This document shows positions 56,528-64,000 of a stretch of DNA of 64,000 nt, piece by piece. A model generated the notes under the pieces. That model saw nothing but the letters and a program-made list of their open reading frames with translations. It made no database searches and had not been told where the DNA came from. A program made the position numbers and the translations under genes. Every line of letters starts with the position of its first letter. Positions within the stretch are counted from its first letter, which is position 1. Source of the stretch: Alphaproteobacteria bacterium (GTDB taxonomy: Bacteria; Pseudomonadota; Alphaproteobacteria; Rs-D84); NCBI GenBank assembly GCA_017511715.1, contig JAFWJF010000002.1, positions 135,781-199,780 of the forward strand, in the 5' to 3' direction.

Positions 56528-59488
56528 TTATTTTTTTTGTACTTTATTTCCATCACAGTAATAAGCATCGCTTTGCCATACGTTGTCTTCAACATTTTCA
56601 ATGAAATCGTTAACCTTTTCTAAAACGGTACAAGCATCCTTTTCTTCTTCGCTTAACGCTTCGTTATTGTTGGTGCCGTGTTTATAAGGATTGTCGGTAT
56701 TAAATTTTGGGGACAGTTTTTCAGACGCTGTTGCAAGGGGCATCCAACATTTTAAATATTCATCTGAGGACAATTTTGGGTCATATTTGAATAGCTCTAA
56801 ATGTGTTGGACTTATCACTTTTAGCTTCTCATTAATTTCATCTATGCATTCTCTTATTTCTGACTCAGATTTTTTTTTGCTATCCGTATCGGATGTTTGG
56901 ATGCCTTGCCCAGAAATGAGGTTTGTAAGAGCATCGGTTCCCACTGCATTAGACATCGTACTCAACACGTTGTTTTTTACATTATTTGTGTTTTTGTTCT
57001 TTGCGGCGTTCACACGGTCATTTGTTGCATCAAAAGCTTTGTTTAGGGCTTCTATTGCGTTGTCTTTTTCTTCATTTGTTGGGTTGTTTGACAATGTTAC
57101 ACCAATCATTTTACCTGCAACGACCGCACCGAAACTTTCAATCAATTTATTCAGCACCCTGTCGGTATCAACTGTATCTGCGAATAAATCTTGTGCCGTT
57201 TGATTTTTCGCCTTTTTCAAATCGTTTTTGCAGTTTATGTTTTTAACAGATAATGCGCTTGGTGGGAAAGAGCTGAATGTTAATTTATCTGTTTCTTGCA
57301 CACCGGCTTCTTGGAGGCATTTTTTCAATTTATCCAGTGCGTCTGTTTCCTCTTTTGCCGCTTCTTCTAACGCCTTGGTATCTTTTTTCTTTTTTATCAA
57401 TTCACCAAGTTTACCGTTGATAAGGGAATTACCAACCACACCGACAACAACTCCCGCACCGGCAGCGATAGCACCGCCCGTCACGCGTTTTTTAGATGTT
57501 GATGCCGCATCGTCAATTTTTGCTTGGTCGGCTTCTGATTGCAACATTTGGGCACGATAAAGCGATGCGTAGTTGCCATTAGTTATTCCGATGTTTTCTT
57601 CGTCATAAAGCCCACTGGTTGCCCTGTCATAAATAACTTCGCTTTCAATGCCTGGTTTCATACCAAGCGCATTTTTACGTTCTTTAAGGTCTTGGGCAAG
57701 GGCAAGATATTGTCCGCGTAAATTCATAAGTTCTTGGTCATTTGCGCCCGGTAATTCAATTTCTGTGGGGCCTGCCTTTACCTGTTTATCTTCGCCGTAT
57801 GTGCAACGCATTGTTTCAATATATGCCGCCATATCTGCCGCCGCTTCTTTATCAGCCGATTGTTCCGACAGACCTTGTGCCAGTTGCATGCCACCGATTC
57901 CAGTCGCAGCGGTGGTCAATGCAGTCAAAGTTTTATTTGCGGTTGATTGTTCTTTGGCCTTGGCATCTTCATATGCTTTTTGTTTTTCTTCTAAATCTTT
58001 TTGTCTTTGTTCGTCGGAGCGGTTATCGATTTTTTCACATTTGCCGTCTTTCAACTTGTAAAGTTTTTTATTACAGTCTGTGGCAATACATGTGTTTTTA
58101 GATACATCCCAATATCCATCGTCAGCATGCATTTCGTTTAATTCGGCAACTTTGCATCTTTTTTTCGTGCATTGACCGTTTACAACATCTTCTTCGGGTG
58201 TGGGACATTTTTTGTTTTTACATGCGGTTCCATCGGCGGTTATTTCATAGTCGTCCGATATACATTTTATTGCAATACAAACACCGTCTTCCAATTTATA
58301 GCCGTTTTTGCTTACATTATTTTTTATCATACGTTTTGCGTCTTTTTCACTGCATAGTGTTTGTTCGCATTTTGTTTTATCGGCATTTAATGTATAACCT
58401 TTGACCGTATCGCACGCAAATTCGCATTGTCCGTTAATCCATTTACTTTTGTTGGTTGCGTTGGCGGCACGTATTTGTTCATCGCTGCATCTGACCTGAA
58501 CACATTTTTGTTGAGATTCATCCCAATCGTCTTCTGGTTTTGTGCATTTGTCATGGACACATTTGTTTTTGTTATTCAAATGATAGCCGTTTACACAGCC
58601 TTTTGGGACACATTCTTTTCCGTTCCATTGTGGCTCTGTTCCTTTTGCGGTCTGTACTTCTTGAATTTCGTATTCTGAGCATCTGACTTTTGTACAACCT
58701 TTGCCGTCAATCCAGTCTTCTTCTAAGCTTTCACATTCGTCTTTGACGCAAACATCGTTATTTGTGTGATAACCTGTCACGCAATCCGTGGGAACACATT
58801 TCCCGTTTCGAACGGTAACTTTTTTTGCATGGTTGTTTGTTTTCAGGTCTGATTCTTCTGTCTTGGAACACTTAACTTTTTCACAGATAGAGTCAGATTT
58901 TTTGTATTCGCCTGGTTCACCGATGCAGGTATCAATAACACATCTACCGTTAACTACTTTTGTAGATTGGGCGTTTTTTAGACTGGCAATTTCAGCAGAA
59001 GTGCAATTAACCTTTACACAACTGTTGTTTTGTATTTCATATTCGCCCCGTTCGCCGATACAGGTATCTATGACACATTTTTCTTTTTCCCATTTTACAG
59101 TGGCTGCATTGTGGGTATTTATTAACTCGTTTTTTTGATTTTCTGTGCATTCGGTTGGTATAATAATAGGTTCGTCTAAAATACGACTATCATCTTCAAG
59201 TTTTATATTAAGATTTGCTTTGGCATCAACTTTTTGTGTTTTATAGCCCATGTAAGATATTTGTAGTTTTGTCGCATCGTCTGGAATCGAAAAGTTAAAT
59301 TCCCCGTTTTCGTTAGTTGCTTGACCTCTGTTTGGTATTGGGGTCCCATTGGCATCCAATGGTCGTACGCTTGCTCCTGCCAGTGGGCCTTCTTTGTCAG
59401 AAACCGTTCCGCTGACGTTCAGAGCAAACACAGGCATTATGGACAATGCAAAGAATAGGCCGGTAAAAATAATACTTATTTTTTTCAT
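56528..59488 (-). CDS. large secreted Cys-repeat protein (CarboxypepD_reg-like N-domain, tandem ~40-aa Cys modules, Gly-zipper/KE C-terminal region)
   Basis: Signal peptide. N-domain LNVSGTVSDKEGPLAGASVRPLDANGTPIPNRGQATNENGEFNFSIPDDATKLQISYMGYKTQKV. About 12 modules such as CVIDTCIGE(R/P)GEY....C.KVKC and CVP.(D/G)CV.GYH.NN..CV.D.C. C-terminal part carries GGAIAAGAGVVVGVVGNSLINGKLGELIKKKKD. Confidence 0.7.
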   Translation of the reverse strand: MKKISIIFTGLFFALSIMPVFALNVSGTVSDKEGPLAGASVRPLDANGTPIPNRGQATNENGEFNFSIPDDATKLQISYMGYKTQKVDAKANLNIKLEDDSRILDEPIIIPTECTENQKNELINTHNAATVKWEKEKCVIDTCIGERGEYEIQNNSCVKVNCTSAEIASLKNAQSTKVVNGRCVIDTCIGEPGEYKKSDSICEKVKCSKTEESDLKTNNHAKKVTVRNGKCVPTDCVTGYHTNNDVCVKDECESLEEDWIDGKGCTKVRCSEYEIQEVQTAKGTEPQWNGKECVPKGCVNGYHLNNKNKCVHDKCTKPEDDWDESQQKCVQVRCSDEQIRAANATNKSKWINGQCEFACDTVKGYTLNADKTKCEQTLCSEKDAKRMIKNNVSKNGYKLEDGVCIAIKCISDDYEITADGTACKNKKCPTPEEDVVNGQCTKKRCKVAELNEMHADDGYWDVSKNTCIATDCNKKLYKLKDGKCEKIDNRSDEQRQKDLEEKQKAYEDAKAKEQSTANKTLTALTTAATGIGGMQLAQGLSEQSADKEAAADMAAYIETMRCTYGEDKQVKAGPTEIELPGANDQELMNLRGQYLALAQDLKERKNALGMKPGIESEVIYDRATSGLYDEENIGITNGNYASLYRAQMLQSEADQAKIDDAASTSKKRVTGGAIAAGAGVVVGVVGNSLINGKLGELIKKKKDTKALEEAAKEETDALDKLKKCLQEAGVQETDKLTFSSFPPSALSVKNINCKNDLKKAKNQTAQDLFADTVDTDRVLNKLIESFGAVVAGKMIGVTLSNNPTNEEKDNAIEALNKAFDATNDRVNAAKNKNTNNVKNNVLSTMSNAVGTDALTNLISGQGIQTSDTDSKKKSESEIRECIDEINEKLKVISPTHLELFKYDPKLSSDEYLKCWMPLATASEKLSPKFNTDNPYKHGTNNNEALSEEEKDACTVLEKVNDFIENVEDNVWQSDAYYCDGNKVQKK

Positions 59489-59501
59489 TTGCTTTTACTC
59501 T

Positions 59502-60917
59502 TTATTTAGAAGCCCTTTGTTCGCTGCTTGAACCACTGCCAGACGATGTTGTTGAACTAGAAGAAGTTGCCGTTCTGGAACCATTGTCCGTTTTTTCGGC
59601 ATCTTTCTTGGCTTGTTTTTCTTGTTCTTTTGCGTCTTTTTTCGCTTGTTTGTCCGCTTTCTTTTGTGCTTTTTCTGCCTCTTTGGCTTCTTTCTTTTCT
59701 TGCTTTTCTTCTTCTTTTTTCAGTTTTTCTTCTTCTTTGACGGCTTTCTTGGCCTTTTGGGTGTCAAGTGCGCGGTCTATTGCCCCCGATGTGACCAGAC
59801 CAACCGCCGTACCAACACCAGAACCCAACATCGCAGATGATGCACCGGTTTGTGCGCGTGTTTCACGATATGCGTTTTCACGATATGTTGTGACATTTAT
59901 ACCAAACCATTCCTGCATACATACAAACGTGTCACCGGCATAGCGTTTGCGTGATGCCATTGGCGTTGATTGATCGTTGCCCGCAAAGAAATTAACAGTG
60001 AATACACAATCAAATGAACGTTCATCAAACATTGCACCCAATTTTCGACAATTTGACATCATCATATCACGCAATGCATACAAGCGTTCTTCATCTTTCT
60101 TTACTTCCTTTTCTGCGTTTTCGCGCAATTTGCCGATTGCAGTGCCAAAACGATTGGCAAGGCCTGAATCTGATTCTGTGCACTCTTTCGCAATTGTTGA
60201 ACATTTTTGTATTGCGGCATCTGCATATGTCTTGCCCAGGCACTTATTATATGTTGTCCCACATTCATTTATTATGCACGCATTGTATTGGTTGCCACAA
60301 TTTATCACTTTATCATATGACGATAAACGAACATTCATATCGCGGTCAGCCGTGATTTCAGTGGAAAACATGCGGAACTCTTCGGCGGTACATTCTGTGG
60401 CGCGCCGGCAGGCGTTTAATTTATCACCAAATATTGTTGCGCCATCCAATGCACATTCAGTGAAATCTTTGCCGCATTTTTCAATCATACATTTACGCAG
60501 GCCATTGTCACAGGTATTGGTGCTTGTTGCAAGGGCTTTTTCTTGGGCAGATTGGGCGGATGTGGTTGCTTCGTTTGCCGCCAATGCCGCACGTTGTTTC
60601 CGTATTTGTTCCGCAAATGAATTGTCTGTGTCAGCAGATTCAAGAACTGTTGATACCGCAACCTCAAATTCAGATGACTTGTTTATTATATTAGGTTTTG
60701 TTTCCAGTGCTTCTGATGTTTCTGATTTCGTTTCTGACGATGGTTCTGTCAGTGTTTCAGAAACCTGTTCAGTTTTTTGTGTCGGCACTGCGATTGAACG
60801 ACGCGTTGTCACCCCAGGCGCGTTGCGAACCGCAACACGAGTCGCCGCTTCTGCATCCAATGCGAACGCCATAATTATGGATAACATTGCAATAAAAAAT
60901 CTTTTGTCTTGTGCCAT
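59502..60917 (-). CDS. Cys-rich secreted protein, family paralog 6, with Gly-zipper segment and Lys/Glu-rich tail
   Basis: Signal peptide MAQDKRFFIAMLSIIMAFALDAEA, then CDNGLRKCMIEKCGKDFTEC. More than 25 Cys. C-terminal GASSAMLGSGVGTAVGLVTSGAIDRAL followed by a KE-repeat tail. ATG 60917 lies 2 nt after the stop of the upstream gene; the ORF-track start 60938 overlaps it. Confidence 0.6.
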   Translation of the reverse strand: MAQDKRFFIAMLSIIMAFALDAEAATRVAVRNAPGVTTRRSIAVPTQKTEQVSETLTEPSSETKSETSEALETKPNIINKSSEFEVAVSTVLESADTDNSFAEQIRKQRAALAANEATTSAQSAQEKALATSTNTCDNGLRKCMIEKCGKDFTECALDGATIFGDKLNACRRATECTAEEFRMFSTEITADRDMNVRLSSYDKVINCGNQYNACIINECGTTYNKCLGKTYADAAIQKCSTIAKECTESDSGLANRFGTAIGKLRENAEKEVKKDEERLYALRDMMMSNCRKLGAMFDERSFDCVFTVNFFAGNDQSTPMASRKRYAGDTFVCMQEWFGINVTTYRENAYRETRAQTGASSAMLGSGVGTAVGLVTSGAIDRALDTQKAKKAVKEEEKLKKEEEKQEKKEAKEAEKAQKKADKQAKKDAKEQEKQAKKDAEKTDNGSRTATSSSSTTSSGSGSSSEQRASK

Positions 60918-60919
60918 CT

Positions 60920-61783
60920 TTATTTCAACCTTTCGCATGCAGTGTCATAAAATTTACAAAGTTGTTCCGCAACTGTTTTTTCATAATCAAAACCGATATC
61001 GCATTTATTGCGCATGTTGTTTTTACAAACACGTGCGATGCAATCTTGTTTTGCCTTGCCCCCAGTGCAGGATGCCTGGGCTGTTGCCAATTTTTGTTCG
61101 CGTGTCTTTTTATATGAATTGATAATGTTTTGTAATAACTTGGTCGCGTTCGCAATTGATGTGTTGCGCGCCGATGTCAATGAAGAACGTATCTTGGTCA
61201 AAAATTCATCGCAGCCAACCGATAAAACACTGCATTCGGAAAAATATCTGTCAAATTCTGTGTCCGATTCGCATTTTCTGTAGTCTGCCGTGCAACGTTT
61301 TGCATCAACAATACAGGTCGTGATTTCAGAAGAACAAGAACTTTGAGACTTTTTTTCGTTCGCTTGTTGTGCCAAGTTTGTAAATTCTGTGGCAATTCCC
61401 GCCGCCGTACACGATTGTTCAATTAACTTATCATAATTATCTGTCACATCATCCGGGGTGCATCCAGAAACTTTCTTAAGACATTGTTCGGTCGCCCAAA
61501 CATATCGTGCACCAGGATCAGACGGTGCATTTTTCAATTCTTTATCAGATATTATATACTTTGTAGATGTACCAACAGATATGTTGCGCATTGTGGTCGA
61601 TTTAGTCGGCGTACCCGCAGATGCAGAACCGCAATATTGACAACGTGCCGCAGGATTTGCACCAATGTTTATGGCACACGCTGAATCAAGGCATCGTGTC
61701 AAATTAGCCACAGAACACGCACCATAAACCAATGTTGGCACGCACATCAAACACCCGAAAAAAATAAAATCGCGAATTTTCAT
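60920..61783 (-). CDS. Cys-rich secreted protein, family paralog 7
   Basis: Signal peptide MKIRDFIFFGCLMCVPTLVYGA, then CSVANLTRCLDSACAINIGANPAARCQYCGS, a signature variant. 30 Cys in 287 aa. First gene of a three-gene minus-strand operon. Confidence 0.6.
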   Translation of the reverse strand: MKIRDFIFFGCLMCVPTLVYGACSVANLTRCLDSACAINIGANPAARCQYCGSASAGTPTKSTTMRNISVGTSTKYIISDKELKNAPSDPGARYVWATEQCLKKVSGCTPDDVTDNYDKLIEQSCTAAGIATEFTNLAQQANEKKSQSSCSSEITTCIVDAKRCTADYRKCESDTEFDRYFSECSVLSVGCDEFLTKIRSSLTSARNTSIANATKLLQNIINSYKKTREQKLATAQASCTGGKAKQDCIARVCKNNMRNKCDIGFDYEKTVAEQLCKFYDTACERLK

Positions 61784-61918
61784 TTTCTCCCTTGCGGAAT
61801 ATTATATCAAAAAGCCTGTATCAAAGCAAAGAAAAAAATACCAGTATCGTTTAAGTAAAAATTCTGGACAGGCCATAATTTTTTGTGCTAGACTTTTTCC
61901 AAAAGAGAGAATTGTTCC

Positions 61919-64000
61919 ATGAAATTTATTAGATTTTTTGGCATTTTATTTTTTTTAATTCCTTGCATGTCGTGGGCCGCATCGTCATCCGATTTCCAAA
62001 ATGCATCGCAATTATTGTCCGCGGCGCGACGTGGTGATACGCGGACTGTTCAGATTTTAATCAATAACGGCGCAGATGTAAATTATGTCGATTCAACAGG
62101 TTTGTCATTGGTGTGTACTGCGGTTATGAATAATGACACGCGCGCGATTCAAATCTTGCAGATGTATGGCGCGGACGCGTCAAATTGCGACAGGCAAATA
62201 AAAAATTATAGGCAAAAAAATCGTGTCGCCACACGTGGCAAAGAATACGGATTCTTTAGTGGGTTATCTTCTTCACATGTGTTGTTATTGTCTGCTGTTG
62301 GGGTTGCTGCTGTGATTGGGGGCGTTGCATTGTTGACAGATGCTTTTGATGCAGAAAATAATAATTATACGCCTTCGTCTGGCGGTTCGCATTCTGGCAG
62401 TGGCAGTGGTGGCAGTGGTGGCAGTACTACACCGTCAACGAATAAACTTTTTGCACAAAATTTACCGTATGGTCCGGCGTGTTCGGGAACTTCGTGCCCG
62501 ACAGATTTTACAACATGGCAAGACAGTGATGATTTTACTTATATGTCTGATATATCTACGCAAAATACATTTAATTATTTAATGGTTGCGCGTGCTTATA
62601 ATGCGTTTGTTCGGGGGTATTTGGGGATGGGCACAATAAGAATTACTAACGATTTAGCACCGTTTGATTTGTCATCGTTGCCTTTTGCAGAAGGCAGTAT
62701 CCCAGGCGGCGGAAAACCTGTGAATGTCGCGCTTATAACTGGTTCTGGGGTTAATGCCACGGGCAGTGCTATGGATGGTTTGTCTTCGTGGCTTGATTCT
62801 ACAAAAATAAGTCAGATTCAGGCGGCCTGTGCATCAGGGACAACATCAACCGAATGTCAAACTGCAGTTAATGCGGCATTGAAGACTTCTCATAAGTATT
62901 ATAATTTATCTGGGGAACTGGGTGAAACGCCGGTGGAAAATACGACGTTTGATTTGGTAAATGGTACAACAGTATTTGGCAGTGCAACAAATGAAGATAC
63001 TAAGTTGGCAAAAATAATCGCTGGCTGGGAAGGCGATGAACGCACAAACCCTGATTTTTATGGTTTTATTCCAAATGGTCAATTGACGGTTTATAAAGTA
63101 GGGACGGGCGCAACAGGGGTTTCTGATTATAAAAATTATGCGGCGATTTTTGATGCACTGCAATTGAAGGATACTTCGGGGAATTATGTGGCGAATGTTG
63201 TTGCTAATCTTGCGTTGCCTTCTGAATCTTTTGGTTTGTCTTATGCCACAGTTGATGGGGCAAAGATTTTATATGATGCGGCAACAACTGCACCATTAAA
63301 GACAGCGGTTTTTACGGGGCTTGTCGATAATTATTATAATTTGAATACAGGAGATGATTCAACGGTTAATAAACCTTCGCAGGATATGACGTGTGCTTTT
63401 TCGGGGTGTGCCCAAACAGGTAATGTGGCAGCCGTGTTAAAGAATCCTGTTATTATAGTTAATTCGGTGGGGCGGTCTTTATATGGTTTGGGGGAATCTT
63501 CGTCTTTAAGTCCCCAGGTGGCAACTTTTGAGAACTTTGCGCCGGTTGTTTATAGCGGTTTACAGAATTTGTTCATGAGTGTTGTTGCGGTTAAACCAAA
63601 TGCCACAACCGGAACGGCAGATTTAACTGTCGATGAATATAACGCATCGGGGGCGGGCAAATTAGAGTTGTCAACATGGGCAGACCCGGATGATTCTACA
63701 ATAACTTATTCTTCGCGTATGTGTGGTTTGGCAGGGACTGGTAATGCTGGTGCGATGAACCCGTGGTGTTTTGCGGCACCTGGGATCACTGATTTAGAAG
63801 CAGCGGCGGCGATGGCTGGTTCGGTTGCCTTGGTTAAAAGTGCGTTCGATTATATGACACCGCAACAGATGTTCTTGCTTTTGGCGCTGACTGCCGATGG
63901 TCCGTATTTGGGGACAAACCCGGGGACTAATTTGGCGTGGGCATCAAAAAAAGATTTGATTACTTATTTGCAAAATATGTACAGTTTGCCAGCAAATTTA
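61919..64000 (+). CDS. ankyrin-repeat protein with large C-terminal G/T/S-rich domain (3' end truncated by window edge)
   Basis: Own translation from ATG 61919: MKFIRFFGILFFLIPCMSWAASSS.., ANK repeats (AARRGDTRTVQILINNGADVNYVDSTGLSLVCTAVMNNDTRAIQILQMYGADA), a hydrophobic segment VLLLSAVGVAAVIGGVALL, a GSGSGGSGGS linker, then more than 500 aa still open at 64000. Absent from the ORF track because edge-truncated. Confidence 0.6.
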   Translation, partial: MKFIRFFGILFFLIPCMSWAASSSDFQNASQLLSAARRGDTRTVQILINNGADVNYVDSTGLSLVCTAVMNNDTRAIQILQMYGADASNCDRQIKNYRQKNRVATRGKEYGFFSGLSSSHVLLLSAVGVAAVIGGVALLTDAFDAENNNYTPSSGGSHSGSGSGGSGGSTTPSTNKLFAQNLPYGPACSGTSCPTDFTTWQDSDDFTYMSDISTQNTFNYLMVARAYNAFVRGYLGMGTIRITNDLAPFDLSSLPFAEGSIPGGGKPVNVALITGSGVNATGSAMDGLSSWLDSTKISQIQAACASGTTSTECQTAVNAALKTSHKYYNLSGELGETPVENTTFDLVNGTTVFGSATNEDTKLAKIIAGWEGDERTNPDFYGFIPNGQLTVYKVGTGATGVSDYKNYAAIFDALQLKDTSGNYVANVVANLALPSESFGLSYATVDGAKILYDAATTAPLKTAVFTGLVDNYYNLNTGDDSTVNKPSQDMTCAFSGCAQTGNVAAVLKNPVIIVNSVGRSLYGLGESSSLSPQVATFENFAPVVYSGLQNLFMSVVAVKPNATTGTADLTVDEYNASGAGKLELSTWADPDDSTITYSSRMCGLAGTGNAGAMNPWCFAAPGITDLEAAAAMAGSVALVKSAFDYMTPQQMFLLLALTADGPYLGTNPGTNLAWASKKDLITYLQNMYSLPANL

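Noticed and set aside
59613-59840. 75-aa ORF FFLFFCVFF...
   Set aside because: It is the antisense reading of the Lys/Glu repeat tail of gene 59502..60917, a low-complexity artefact.
63700-64000. Possible subtilase (S8) Ser-motif in the ankyrin protein C-terminal region (WCFAAPGI...AAAAMAGSVALV)
   Set aside because: There is only a weak resemblance to GTSMAAP..VAG. No Asp or His motif was found, and the catalytic Ser position is occupied by Phe. Not claimed.
1-64000. CRISPR arrays, rRNA genes, transposase/integrase genes
   Set aside because: No regularly spaced identical repeats, no rRNA-like conserved segments and no recognisable transposase or integrase ORFs were seen. Mobile-element evidence is limited to att-like repeats.

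Overview
AT-rich bacterial chromosome segment with an alphaproteobacterial-type core gene set: infA, ctpA, a nifJ-like pyruvate:ferredoxin oxidoreductase, bamE, cdnL/carD, ssb, groES-groEL, tilS-ftsH, eno, lptC-lptB, rho, rpsF-rpsR-rplI, tRNA-Gln and tRNA-Pro. Interspersed is a gene content typical of an intracellular or host-associated lineage: a Pmp-like autotransporter with GGA[IV]/FxxN repeats, an ankyrin-repeat protein, a secreted protein with eukaryote-like Cys repeats, a Fic protein, a Cu/Zn superoxide dismutase and a GH108 muramidase. The main finding is a previously uncharacterised paralogous family of large, Sec-exported, cysteine-rich proteins. Seven members at three loci carry the N-proximal signature C-x6-C-M-[DE]-x-[FY]-C-x9-10-C-x-C-S, three of them plus a 986-aa relative end in a glycine-zipper hydrophobic segment, and two further carry the conserved tail motif RNCH[VI]CR. 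The loci are 1..7285, 44971..45876 and a three-gene minus-strand operon at 56528..61783; the first and last members run into the window edges. Other points are att-like duplications of tRNA 3' ends at both tRNA genes that bracket an isochorismatase+sodC islet, a GC-rich hairpin-dense 300-bp element downstream of rplI, a MotA/MotB-like stator pair with atypical extensions, and a shared promoter/5'UTR motif on two secreted-protein genes. Every call was made by reading the sequence and the ORF translations; no database search was possible.
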